Counted from the stretch's first letter, positions 17,742 to 27,164 are shown. The stretch is DNA of 64,000 nucleotides from an uncultured Chloroflexia bacterium (GCA_963735495.1 CAVTLG010000003.1:32080-96079), one strand, 5' to 3'. A program made the numbers and translations. The notes: a model not told the origin generated them from the letters alone.

Positions 17742-18122
17742 TTACGCGGGGCGCAAATCATACACTTCAACCTCCTTACTCAGCGAGCGTCGGTAGATAC
17801 GCACACGATGGATATGTTGAGTAAGGGGTAGCAGCAGGTATTCTACTTCTTCATCGCCCGTGGGCCGCACATTGAGCGAGCCACGTTTCGTGAGTTGAAA
17901 GTCACGTCGCTCACCTGCGTCGATAATACCGAGCAAGTGATAATCATGAAAAATCTTCCAGCTGATAGACGTCGCATTCATCACCAGCAATGTGTCGTCA
18001 TCGCCGCCTGCCATGGCTAACTTCACGCGTCCTACCAGGCGTCTAAACCATCCACCAGAACGGCGCGGACCTGGTTTAAGCACAGGCGACGGATCGATGA
18101 CGGGAGAAACTGTTACGGGCAT
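17742..18122 (-). CDS. Hypothetical protein (126 aa)
   Basis: A GAAAGGTGA lies 6 nt upstream of the ATG. No recognisable motif was found. Confidence 0.5.
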   Translation of the reverse strand: MPVTVSPVIDPSPVLKPGPRRSGGWFRRLVGRVKLAMAGGDDDTLLVMNATSISWKIFHDYHLLGIIDAGERRDFQLTKRGSLNVRPTGDEEVEYLLLPLTQHIHRVRIYRRSLSKEVEVYDLRPA

Positions 18123-18184
18123 AGGATATCACCTTTCATTATTCAATCGGTGCAAGCATACACGCGTAGACGCCATACAAGCCT

Positions 18185-19042
18185 TTATCTTATGAGAGTG
18201 AAACGTTCTTCCTCCATAGCTACCGGCGTTCCACAGACATGGGCGATACGCTCCGTAAAAGAAAGTTCCCCCCATCTTCTCTGTGATGGAACGCGACTCC
18301 GATCCGCCAGCGCGTGCAGCCCCTGACAGGCTCGCGTGCGCCCAACCCAACGTACCATCACCATATCTGCCTTCTGTGCCAGCCTCCTTATATATACATG
18401 CAGCAACCAGAGGATGGTCCCAATCAGCACGATACAAGCAAACATATTCAAGAAGCGCGTCAAGAGAGACAGCTCTTGCGAGAAGAGAGCGATCATGGCC
18501 CACACGAGCAGACCTAGTATTGCGCATATCGACAACACACGTGCCAGTACAGCGGTTGGTCTACGCAGCTCTTCGTATCGTGCCAGCCCGCCTGCCAGCA
18601 ACACATCCAGTTCCGCCGGTTTAATAGCCATATGTGCAGGTAAGGTAAGCTGAAGATGCTGTTTACTCAGCAGCACAACGCGTACACGCGGCACCCTGGT
18701 ACGCGGGGTAGAGCGACAAGCGAGCATATGCGTAGCAGGCGACCTATGTGCAGCGTATAAGATACGCGTAAAAGCCTCTTGCACGTTAGCAGGAAACGAG
18801 AAACGCCGTCTTCTGAGCCGTAGCCTGAAAGGTCGCCACACGTGACGTTGACGTCGTTGGGATGAACGCGGTTGTTGTACACCTAATTGTGAGCGAACCT
18901 GCAACCAGGAAGCTGCGGGCAACGGTTGTTCAGGCTGTGCGGGACCATAATAGGACCTCAGCCGTTGCTCAAGTGTATGCTCCATTTCTCGCCCATCCTT
19001 TTTTTCCCCAGCCTCGTCTGCGGGATGCCACTCATGCGTCAT
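18185..19042 (-). CDS. Membrane protein translationally coupled to the ECF sigma factor (putative anti-sigma factor)
   Basis: An ATGA start/stop overlap joins it to the sigma gene. There are two TM helices in the C-terminal half. The function is inferred from position only. Confidence 0.45.
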   Translation of the reverse strand: MTHEWHPADEAGEKKDGREMEHTLEQRLRSYYGPAQPEQPLPAASWLQVRSQLGVQQPRSSQRRQRHVWRPFRLRLRRRRFSFPANVQEAFTRILYAAHRSPATHMLACRSTPRTRVPRVRVVLLSKQHLQLTLPAHMAIKPAELDVLLAGGLARYEELRRPTAVLARVLSICAILGLLVWAMIALFSQELSLLTRFLNMFACIVLIGTILWLLHVYIRRLAQKADMVMVRWVGRTRACQGLHALADRSRVPSQRRWGELSFTERIAHVCGTPVAMEEERFTLIR

Positions 19043-19605
19043 CTCTCACTTCCTTTCATCTCATCCAGCAATAACTCACGACAGCGAGCACGAGCACGAT
19101 TCAAGCGAGATTTGACGGTTCCGACAGGCCAGCCCAGCACGTGCGCGATCTCCCATTCGGTAAGATCGGCCCCATAGCGCAAAGCGATGACGCGCCGTTG
19201 ATCGACGCTGAGCTGAGCCAACACCTGCCGCACCTCTTCTCGCCGAGCAACCTGCTCCTGTGGATCGCTACAACTGTTATCGGCGCACTGTCGTTCGCTC
19301 GCAACAATCTCGTCAAGTGAGAGAGGACGCTCGTAACTGCGTTGTCGCTCAAGCACATCAAGAGCATGGCGATAGAGTATGCGCAACAACCAGGGACGAA
19401 ATGGTCGTCCAGGCTGAAACTGTGGCAATCCACGCCAGGCCAGCAAAAAAGCTCCTTGCGTCACCTCTTCCGCGAGCGCGCGCTGCTGACAGAGTCGGAA
19501 TGCAGCAGCCATGGCGACGGCATGATACGCATCCCAGAGATGCCGAAATGCCTCCTGGTCTCCACACGCTGCTCTTGTGATATACTCATCTTCGCCGATA
19601 CTCAC
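19039..19605 (-). CDS. ECF-type RNA polymerase sigma-70 family factor
   Basis: Region 2 is AFRHLWDAYH...LLAWRGLPQF. Region 4 is LSVDQRRVIALRYGADLTEWEIAHVLGWPVGTVKSRLNRAR. The proposed GTG start at 19605 has a GAGAGGAA 7 nt upstream. The longer ORF (to 19800) runs through a MITE. Confidence 0.8.
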   Translation of the reverse strand: MSIGEDEYITRAACGDQEAFRHLWDAYHAVAMAAAFRLCQQRALAEEVTQGAFLLAWRGLPQFQPGRPFRPWLLRILYRHALDVLERQRSYERPLSLDEIVASERQCADNSCSDPQEQVARREEVRQVLAQLSVDQRRVIALRYGADLTEWEIAHVLGWPVGTVKSRLNRARARCRELLLDEMKGSER

Positions 19606-19655
19606 ACCGTCATTCCTCTCTTCTGTAGAAGTATTACGGCTATAGCAGGTCAAAA

Positions 19656-19812
19656 GGTTCCCATTTTCCGGTAACAGTGTTTTATTGCTGGGAAAACGTT
19701 GACAAATGGGGTAGGGGCGTGTCCTTGCGACCGCCCTGGGGGCCACGAGGCGAGCCACCGGGCGCACGCAAGGTGACGCCCCTACCCCATTTTCCCACAA
19801 GGATGGAGAACC
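19656..19812. repeat. MITE/REP-like element, copy C (with an internal 20-nt insertion)
   Basis: The core is GGGGTAGGGGCGTGTCC...GCGCACGCAAGGTGACGCCCCTACCCC. The right end is AAGGATGGAGAACC and the left end GGTTCCCATTTTCC is degenerate. Confidence 0.7.
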
Positions 19813-19924
19813 AATGCTGAACGATGAAACTGTCCCTATTTCTTCCTGAAGAAGCGGTGCAAATTTGCTATACTCACGACTATATGGAATCGATGAGATA
19901 TGCTTTCACAGCGGAAAGGCCACT

Positions 19925-21007
19925 ATGCCTCAACAGCAAGCACGACCAGGCTTCGCCTGGAGCAACCCTGCCTCTATTGCAGCCAACCAGCAAAGCACAA
20001 TCGCCCCTGAGCAGCGCGCCATGCTCAAGCGCCCCAATCTTGCACCTGCCATCATCATGACCCTTTTCGCCTTCATGCTCGCAGTTCCCATCTACCTGTT
20101 CGCCGCCGCGTTCGGCCACAGCGAAATCCTGTTTCTCGATGTTGTGACGTTCGGCTTCACTCTCCTCTTGTTCGTTCGCGCCTATCTGCAACGCGCGAGC
20201 CGCGTGCGAGCCGCTGATCAGGACCTGGTCAGACAAGAGCAGGGCGAGATCATCTGGCAGGGCAACAAATATATCGCACGCACCCCCACCTGCAAGCTCA
20301 CCACTGTCAACAACATCACCCTGCCTCCACCCGGCCCTTATCACTTCTATTACCTCTCCGCGAGTTCCATCCTGCTCGCCGCCGACCCTATCAAAACCTA
20401 CACTGGCATGATTGCTTATCCCGACACGCTCTCCGCCAGCGGCCTTCCCGGCAACGAACAGGCGCGCATCGCATTGCAAGAGGCGCTCTGTCACACCATC
20501 CACTTCACCCTCAACGATCTCAACAGCAACCAAATGGGCGTGATTAGCAAGGAGCAGCGTGGTAGCCTCTCGCAAAAACTACGCCGCACCTTCCTCGCCC
20601 CTCTGATCTGCATTCCCCTCGGTGTAGGCCTCCTCTTACAATCCGGGGTGATCTCTCCCACTGGCATCGGCAGCGCTTTTTCCCTTAATACGTTTCTGTT
20701 CATCGGCGGTGCTGCCCTTCTCCTCTTCGGCCTGTATCAACTTACCTTCAGCACACGTGCCCGCTGGCAAGAGATCCAACGTGCCGAAATCACTATCCTG
20801 ACAGGCCAGGTTAGCACACGCAAAATATCCTCCGGTACCGACGGTGGTGGCGACAATTTCTATTACTACATCGACTCCACCCTCATCCCCGTCTCCAAAG
20901 AGGCCTGCGACGCTCTTATGCCCAACACTCGCTACCGTCTCTACTATCTGCGCCACATGAAAACCCTTCTCAGCATCGAGCCATTAGAAGCGCCGCCTCG
21001 CTCTTAG
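19925..21007 (+). CDS. Polytopic membrane protein, hypothetical
   Basis: A GAAAGG lies upstream of the ATG at 19925. There are several TM helices. No motif was recognised. Confidence 0.55.
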   Translation: MPQQQARPGFAWSNPASIAANQQSTIAPEQRAMLKRPNLAPAIIMTLFAFMLAVPIYLFAAAFGHSEILFLDVVTFGFTLLLFVRAYLQRASRVRAADQDLVRQEQGEIIWQGNKYIARTPTCKLTTVNNITLPPPGPYHFYYLSASSILLAADPIKTYTGMIAYPDTLSASGLPGNEQARIALQEALCHTIHFTLNDLNSNQMGVISKEQRGSLSQKLRRTFLAPLICIPLGVGLLLQSGVISPTGIGSAFSLNTFLFIGGAALLLFGLYQLTFSTRARWQEIQRAEITILTGQVSTRKISSGTDGGGDNFYYYIDSTLIPVSKEACDALMPNTRYRLYYLRHMKTLLSIEPLEAPPRS

Positions 21008-21161
21008 TGGTAGTTTGTTGATCTGGGAAATCTCGCTTGATTTTCAGGTCTGTGTCGAGTATATACTCATCAGCCTGAGCTCAGATTATTGTTTTTGCTG
21101 TGTCTAAAATAAAGCGAAATCCCGAGTCAACCAACTACCGTTAGAGCGCTGTACAGAAGAG

Positions 21162-21400
21162 TTGAGCTGTGTTAAACTGTGCAAACGTACGTTCGAGCAG
21201 ATCCTGGCTCCCAGCCTGCATCCGGGACAGATCGTGATCCTGGACAATCTCTCGATTCACCTGGGACCTCATGTGAAGCAGGCCATCGCTGCCAGAGACT
21301 GCCAGCTCCTGTTTTTGCCAGCGTACTCGCCCGATTTTTTCCCCGATTGAGGGGGCCTTTTCTAAAAGGACTCTTGTCAGAGACACATCACCAGAACAGC
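21162..21400 (+). pseudogene. Remnant of an IS630-family DDE transposase (C-terminal fragment, frameshifted)
   Basis: PGQIVILDNLSIHLGPHVKQAIAARDCQLLFLPAYSPDF followed, after a frame change in a T-run, by PIEGAFSK matches the IS630 DDE C-terminal pattern (DN.S.H...LPPYSPDLNPIE..FSKLK). No N-terminal part or terminal inverted repeats were seen. Confidence 0.65.
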
Positions 21401-21456
21401 GGCTCCTCTCAAAGAGAGAAAAGAGGAGGGCAGCGACATCAGAAAGGAGATCATCC

Positions 21457-22173
21457 ATGCAGCAAGCCATTCGTCATCTGCTCATCGAGCTGTTCAGCCG
21501 GCACGGCTTACCGCTCAAGCTCAATGGGTATGAAGGAGACGAGTTCGAAGCAACAGACCATCCTGTCCTGGAAACGTCAGAAGAGCAATTCGAAGTGATC
21601 AAGGCAACGCCGTCCGGCGCATTGCAGGAACGCGCCAGGGTCGCCATCACCTCCAGCCAGCCGCACCCCGGCCCAGACAGTTCATGGCGAGATCAGAGAA
21701 GCTGGACCAGCCGTGTTGAGTTCATGGTTGAGCAGGAAATCAGACGCTTGCTGCCCACAAGGTATAGGTATTTCGATACCGAGTGCATCTATGACGACCG
21801 TGACTACGCGGGACTGCTCCTGGCCCTGGCAAAACTGACCGACGGCGAATGGCAGCCACGAAACGTGGTCTCGCGGCTCTCGGAGGATCGAAAACGGGCC
21901 TTCCTCACGTGGGACGATCCGCTCTGGCCGACCAACGCGGGCTTTCGAGAAGTGATGTTTTATCAAACTGACGATTGGGTGAGCATAGATTTCGACAATG
22001 TCATCAAGAGCCAGGGCAAGTATCTCCCTGGAACCTTCGTTTACCTGCCATCGGGAGATCAATGCAGCCGCGTCGTCTACTTGCCACATCATGCCGCGGC
22101 AGAATTGACTTCGCTGCTGAACCATTTCGCCAGACTCTGCAGAGCGGCCACAGCAGAACCAGAAGGGATCTAG
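21457..22173 (+). CDS. Hypothetical protein, first gene of the MazG-terminated operon
   Basis: A strong GAAAGGAG lies upstream of the ATG. It encodes 238 aa with no recognisable motif. Confidence 0.6.
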   Translation: MQQAIRHLLIELFSRHGLPLKLNGYEGDEFEATDHPVLETSEEQFEVIKATPSGALQERARVAITSSQPHPGPDSSWRDQRSWTSRVEFMVEQEIRRLLPTRYRYFDTECIYDDRDYAGLLLALAKLTDGEWQPRNVVSRLSEDRKRAFLTWDDPLWPTNAGFREVMFYQTDDWVSIDFDNVIKSQGKYLPGTFVYLPSGDQCSRVVYLPHHAAAELTSLLNHFARLCRAATAEPEGI

Positions 22174-22180
22174 CTTCTCC

Positions 22181-22795
22181 ATGGGGCTATGCAACTGGGA
22201 TCTCTTTGTCCAGGCTGGTGTTCTGGAACGTCTTCAGAAGGCAGCCGGGGACGATTACCTCCAATGGCATTTCGATCACAGCAACCTGCCTGCTCCCTAC
22301 ACCAGCGACGCTTCCACGCCATTTGAAGTCGAAAGCGAAGAAGGCATTTCGATCAACTGGAACGCCCTGCTTGACCAGAGGCTGGATCACCTGGAGCCGC
22401 CACCTCCCTCGCCTCCGGGCTACGAACTCTCCTCCGAGGATCACCTCCCGGCATTGAATGCGGCGCTGGAGATGCTCCTGTGGATTGAGGAAGAGAGCAG
22501 TGCCACGGTCTTTGTGCCTTTTGCGCCTTCCGATCGCACCTACGCCTTCGATCTGCTGCACCCGGATGGCAAGACTTTCTGGGTGGTTATAACCACCAAC
22601 CGCGTTCTTCTGGAGTGGCAGAGCCGATCAGCAGAGTACCGCCAGTATGCCCGGCAGCGGTTTGAGCAGATTCGTGATCCCAACGTGGGGCCGATCGATC
22701 GTGATTGGTTCGTCGCCGCCATGGTCGATCTGGCCAGCCAGTCTGTGCGCTATGGCCTGCCCGTTTTGATTAGCCTGCCAGCATCGAGGAAGTGA
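22181..22795 (+). CDS. Hypothetical protein, second gene of the MazG-terminated operon
   Basis: It starts 7 nt after the upstream stop and encodes 204 aa. Its stop overlaps the next gene's start. Confidence 0.55.
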   Translation: MGLCNWDLFVQAGVLERLQKAAGDDYLQWHFDHSNLPAPYTSDASTPFEVESEEGISINWNALLDQRLDHLEPPPPSPPGYELSSEDHLPALNAALEMLLWIEEESSATVFVPFAPSDRTYAFDLLHPDGKTFWVVITTNRVLLEWQSRSAEYRQYARQRFEQIRDPNVGPIDRDWFVAAMVDLASQSVRYGLPVLISLPASRK

Positions 22796-23124
22796 GTATG
22801 AGCAGCATGGCCCATTTACCAGAGCAGCCGACGCTCAAAGATCTCCAGAGCTACATGCAAGAGGTCTGCGCGGAACGCGGTTGGACCCACGATACCTACG
22901 CGGAAAAATTCTTACTCTTCACCGAAGAGGTCGGCGAGCTAGCCAAAGCCATCCGCCAGTCCCAGAGACTCTACGCGGAGCAGGCCAAACCCAGCTTCGC
23001 GCTCAGCGAAGAATTCGCGGACGTGCTCAGTTACCTGCTCGACCTGGCAAACCTGTTTCAGGTCGACCTGGAGCAAGCTTTCCGCGAGAAAGAGCGGCTC
23101 AACCAGACACGAACATGGGAGTAG
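22792..23124 (+). CDS. MazG-like nucleoside triphosphate pyrophosphohydrolase (single-domain)
   Basis: The metal-binding motifs typical of the all-alpha NTP-PPase fold are EEVGELAKA and EEFADVLSYLLDLAN. It starts at GTG 22792 or ATG 22798. Confidence 0.8.
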   Translation: MSMSSMAHLPEQPTLKDLQSYMQEVCAERGWTHDTYAEKFLLFTEEVGELAKAIRQSQRLYAEQAKPSFALSEEFADVLSYLLDLANLFQVDLEQAFREKERLNQTRTWE

Positions 23125-23132
23125 ATATTTCT

Positions 23133-24047
23133 TTAACTTACCTCGTAGCTTTTGAGCAAGAACTCTTTAGCACGTTCTAAATCTGCATCAGTTTTCAGAG
23201 AAATCTCTAAGCTGCCCGTTCCATAGTGACCAATCTTGCGCACATCGCGAGTAAACCCATCTTCCAATTGAATGTCATCCGGGTTTACTTTGACAAAAAG
23301 CACAATGCGCCTGGACTGGGCATGAACTTCTATGCAAGCAAAATTCTTGATGCGCCTGAAAGCAATATAGAACTTCAGCGTTTTCATCTGTACATCGTCA
23401 CCGAGTGCTATCAAAAAAGCTTTAAGCGCCTCAAAACGATCCTGAACATCAGGCGCAGCTTGCGCTAATTGTTCCATAACAGTCTTTTCATTGGATCTTC
23501 CCTGATTTTTCGCGGGCGTATCAGTAGGCGTTGCAATTGGTTGTGAGGTAACTGCACTTCCTAATTCAAGTAATAATAATTCAGTCCCATATCTCCTATA
23601 GCGAATTAATTCGATATCACGATTGATCTGTTGTACTGCGTGCTCATCGTACTTTGTAAAATCGTTGGCGATACAAAGCAAGCGAGGAAATGTCCATTCT
23701 ATTTTGTCAGCTTCTTTCTCCCCGAGCTTTTTGAGCACAAGCAGTTCAAACTCAGCCTTGTGATCCATCAGCCAGTCGAGGTAGAAGAGACCCTGGTTGA
23801 TGACGTTTTCGTTCAGCGCACGCTTGTATTCAATGATCACAGGTGAACCATTCTCATCGATGCCTAGTGTATCTATTCTTCCCCCATGTGTTTTCCCCGT
23901 GGAATATTCGGTTGCTAAGAACTGTACTCCAAGCAAGGCATCTAGATTTTTCTCAATGAGGGTTTGTAGCGTTTTTTTCAATAGCAATGGAAGTACCTTG
24001 CAATTCCTGAAAGCTTCCATTGTGTATTTGGAATAACTTGATATCAC
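23133..24047 (-). CDS. NucS/DUF91-like PD-(D/E)xK nuclease domain protein with a DUF5655-like C-terminus
   Basis: GRIDTLGIDENGSPVIIEYK is a PD-(D/E)xK signature. The C-terminal FYIAFRRIKNFACIE...LFVKV resembles DUF5655. The gene is AT-rich. Confidence 0.6.
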   Translation of the reverse strand: MISSYSKYTMEAFRNCKVLPLLLKKTLQTLIEKNLDALLGVQFLATEYSTGKTHGGRIDTLGIDENGSPVIIEYKRALNENVINQGLFYLDWLMDHKAEFELLVLKKLGEKEADKIEWTFPRLLCIANDFTKYDEHAVQQINRDIELIRYRRYGTELLLLELGSAVTSQPIATPTDTPAKNQGRSNEKTVMEQLAQAAPDVQDRFEALKAFLIALGDDVQMKTLKFYIAFRRIKNFACIEVHAQSRRIVLFVKVNPDDIQLEDGFTRDVRKIGHYGTGSLEISLKTDADLERAKEFLLKSYEVS

Positions 24048-24111
24048 TCATTCTCTATATAACTCAAAATTTACTTAAAATCTCATTCTTCTCATTTACG
24101 GCCTCTTTCCA

Positions 24112-25743
24112 CTATGTATCTGGTTGCGCATCTTTCCAATCTTCCGGTATCTGAATTTTTGCTTCTATTCCTGCATTTTCTTTAAGCAAATACAGTAGAT
24201 TGCTTCCACTCAGCAGTTCTAGTGGCTTGCCTTCGGCGAATTCAAACGAAGCTTTTCCATAGCCACTAGTCGTTACCAATATTCCTTTTGAAGCTCCTTC
24301 ATTTTGCACAGTACCATAAAGATCGCGTACTGCACTTACACCAACAGTATGCTTATAACGTTTGGCTTGGATAACCACTTTCCCACCAAAAATGGGACGC
24401 GTATCAAATGCCACACAGTCGACTCCTCCATCACGCGATGCCTGCGTTTGCCGTGTTTCCAGGCCCATTTTTTGAAATAAGTTGGTGATGAGAGACTCGA
24501 ATTCCGTAGGAGTAAGCTCCATCAAGTTAGGACGTTGATCAAGTTCCGAAAGTACATCAACCTCTTCAACAAAACGAGCATCAACCATATTGAATTCCAG
24601 GACAGGCCGTACCGGAGCCAATTCTACAGGGCTTTTAGAGACAGAAGCATTGAGGGTGATAAGACAAGTCTGTGGGTCCACCTGACTCAAATTCAGTTTC
24701 ATGAAGACATCACGACTAGTACGAATGGTAATAAGGCAGGTACGTATAGATCGTCCTGTTCCTTTATCAATACTGTCAACATAGCCATTGAAAACAATCA
24801 TATCCAAATGCTTCGTACGATCAGCACAGAATAGTTCATAGAGAGTACGTAGCGTAATCTGTGCAATGGTAGAAGAATACAGAGTTTTTCGTTGTGCCAG
24901 TGGCCGAGACGTCTCCGTAACGCTATCTTTTGACTTTATATATTTATAGATACCAATTTCAGGGATGACCTCAAATGCAGGCAAGTCATACTCAACCACC
25001 AACTGTTTAGACTCAGGCACATAGGCTAGTTTCGCTTGTTGCGGAAAACTGTCAGGATAAGCGCTTGAGGCAAGCACCATCGTAAAATACTCAACAACGG
25101 CCTGGGGAGAACCAGCGAGCCAATCACGCTGAAAGCTATCTATCTCAGCATGCTGCACGGCAACTCGCTGCTGCTCTTCTAATACTTGACGCTCAAATTG
25201 TGATCTCATTTCTGAAAGTGCCTGCTGGCGAGCAGCTTCACGGCTTACATGAATGGCCACATGAGACCTATACAGATCCTGTGCTCTCGCGACCTCTTGA
25301 GCATATTTTTCCTTCGCGCCTGGTAAGAGTTTCTGAAATCCAGTCAGTTCTGGTGGCTTATACATAGCTTGTGGCGGTGGTTCTGGTGTCGCCAGGGTTC
25401 CAGGGTTGAATATAGGCAAATTAGGAGCTTGTTTCAGGGACTGAATATCAATGTAAGTATCTAAAGAAAGAGAGCGCACTAACAGGCTTTCCAGTAATTT
25501 TACCTGCTGCTCCAACTGCTCATTCTGATAATTAACCTGAGCTATTCTTGACTCCACATAGAGTCTAGCCCGTTCTTTTTGATCAGCAGTTTTAGCTTGT
25601 TCATAAGCTTTTTTAGCCTTCTCAGCTTCCTTTGCAGCTTTCGACTGTAATTTATCCATCTCACGATAATGGGCAAGCCGCTTTTTTTCTGCATCACGTT
25701 GTGCCCGTGCAAGGGCATGTACCAGTCCACTTCTCCGTGCCAT
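24112..25743 (-). CDS. Restriction endonuclease-like protein with an N-terminal coiled coil and a C-terminal Mrr-cat nuclease domain
   Basis: The C-terminus is LTPTEFESLITNLFQKMG...DGGVDCVAF...VVIQAKRY...ILVTTSGY. The N-terminus is K/E/Q/A-rich and helical. An AAGGAGAAA lies upstream of the ATG at 25743. Confidence 0.75.
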   Translation of the reverse strand: MARRSGLVHALARAQRDAEKKRLAHYREMDKLQSKAAKEAEKAKKAYEQAKTADQKERARLYVESRIAQVNYQNEQLEQQVKLLESLLVRSLSLDTYIDIQSLKQAPNLPIFNPGTLATPEPPPQAMYKPPELTGFQKLLPGAKEKYAQEVARAQDLYRSHVAIHVSREAARQQALSEMRSQFERQVLEEQQRVAVQHAEIDSFQRDWLAGSPQAVVEYFTMVLASSAYPDSFPQQAKLAYVPESKQLVVEYDLPAFEVIPEIGIYKYIKSKDSVTETSRPLAQRKTLYSSTIAQITLRTLYELFCADRTKHLDMIVFNGYVDSIDKGTGRSIRTCLITIRTSRDVFMKLNLSQVDPQTCLITLNASVSKSPVELAPVRPVLEFNMVDARFVEEVDVLSELDQRPNLMELTPTEFESLITNLFQKMGLETRQTQASRDGGVDCVAFDTRPIFGGKVVIQAKRYKHTVGVSAVRDLYGTVQNEGASKGILVTTSGYGKASFEFAEGKPLELLSGSNLLYLLKENAGIEAKIQIPEDWKDAQPDT

Positions 25744-25927
25744 ACATTCTTTCTCCTTCATCCCTACGTAAAATAATGTGCAATTTTCTGTATGAGTACT
25801 ATTGAAGTAATACTTATATTTAATAACTCAACTATGTAGTACCCAATATTAACAGAGAATAAACAGAAATGCAAGATCGATTTTTCGATATAACATAGAC
25901 GATACGTACTAACAAGTACTTTATAGC

Positions 25928-26149
25928 CTATGCAACACAATCCTTACTCAAATTCTCAGTCTGCTCAATCAGCGTATTGACCGCCTCTTCCCGCTTCTCC
26001 TGCGGATAACCATGCTTCTTTAGCAGGCGTTTGATGATGACGCGTATGTTGGCGCGCGTACTCTCCTTGAGCGCCCAATCTATCGTTACGCTGCGACGCA
26101 CTGCCACTATCAGCTCTTGCGCAATAACTTTGAGTTGTACATCACCCAA
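25928..26149 (-). pseudogene. Orphan C-terminal fragment of a type I restriction enzyme R subunit (HsdR, DUF3387-like tail)
   Basis: IAQELIVAVRRSVTIDWALKESTRANIRVIIKRLLKKHGYPQEKREEAVNTLIEQTENL matches the conserved HsdR C-terminal tail (..TIDW..RE..RA.LR..VKR.L.KYGYPP). It encodes only 73 aa. No hsdM or hsdS is present. Confidence 0.65.
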
Positions 26150-26165
26150 AACCTCTAGCGCGCTC

Positions 26166-27164
26166 TTATATTGGCCTTTTTCCCGTCACTTCGTAGTTCT
26201 GTTCAGTGAGCTTGGACCATAAGTAATCATCATCTAAAAGCTTAAGAATGATCCATCTCTGCTTTTTGTCATAGACAAGCATCTCTTTACCTTCCACTTC
26301 TACTATCTGTAATGGTAATTTATTTTGTTCGATCACTTGTTTGATATGATCCATCGTGATTTTGCTCAGGTAAGGTTGGGTAGCAATATTCTTGAGTTTG
26401 CGCAATTTTAGGATATGTTTTTCACAATCCTGAGCAAAATCGTCAAAGTTTTGGATAGGTACCGTAGTCTTGATGGTGTTAAGCGCATCCTGAGCGACGG
26501 TACGTACCGTCTCGAAAAAACGAAATATGTTTTGAAAGTTTTCTTTATTAAAGATAAACATGACGCCACTACGGCTCATACAGTCTATTTCTCGATCAAA
26601 AAGGAGCAGTGGTTGTGTCACTTTGTCATAGCTTCCATCGTGCAGCCAGGCTGCAAAGATAGATGAGCGGTGCAGCCGTCGCATAGGGGTATAGACACGG
26701 AAGAAATACACGGGATCGCCCTCTGGAGGCTGAATTACGATGATGTAGAAATGCAGATCACCTATAAATTTCTCGTCTTTCTCAAAAATGTCCATACCAG
26801 CTAAAGACAAGAGCGGACTAATTTGCTCCAATAGAATGTTATAAGCGGATAAATCAATCCGCTCAATCTCATATGCTTCTGGTTTACTAGTGGTAGCAAA
26901 TTCGGGTAATAGTAAATCCTGTGCCTCCCACTCGCTTTTGTAGCGTTTGATTAGCTCTGCCACAATATTACTGAATTCAGCGGCTACCGTATCTGTGATC
27001 CTTAGTCGCTCGAAACGAGGAACGGCTTCAGTCTTCGCGACTGAAGCCAAACATACTGTTATTGTACATTTCTTGATGTCAAGAGTCAGAACACTATCAA
27101 AAACATCCTGGTGGCTATGCGCCAAAACTGCTGACTCATTTTTAAGAGCTGTTATTTCACCCAC
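26166..27164 (-). CDS. KwaB-like (DUF4868-like) protein of a Kiwa-type defence pair
   Basis: It is a 332-aa soluble protein directly downstream of, and overlapping, a 4-TM protein gene. The size, architecture and remembered sequence character fit DUF4868. This is not verified by search. Confidence 0.5.
   Translation of the reverse strand: MGEITALKNESAVLAHSHQDVFDSVLTLDIKKCTITVCLASVAKTEAVPRFERLRITDTVAAEFSNIVAELIKRYKSEWEAQDLLLPEFATTSKPEAYEIERIDLSAYNILLEQISPLLSLAGMDIFEKDEKFIGDLHFYIIVIQPPEGDPVYFFRVYTPMRRLHRSSIFAAWLHDGSYDKVTQPLLLFDREIDCMSRSGVMFIFNKENFQNIFRFFETVRTVAQDALNTIKTTVPIQNFDDFAQDCEKHILKLRKLKNIATQPYLSKITMDHIKQVIEQNKLPLQIVEVEGKEMLVYDKKQRWIILKLLDDDYLWSKLTEQNYEVTGKRPI

Noticed and set aside
19606-19800. 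N-terminal 65-codon extension of the ECF sigma factor ORF
   Set aside because: The extension is read straight through MITE copy C and has no sigma-factor similarity. A GTG with a good RBS at 19605 gives a protein of typical ECF size.
21141-21470. A 109-aa minus-strand ORF overlapping the IS630 remnant
   Set aside because: It is antisense to a sequence with clear, though decayed, transposase similarity on the plus strand. It has no motif or RBS.
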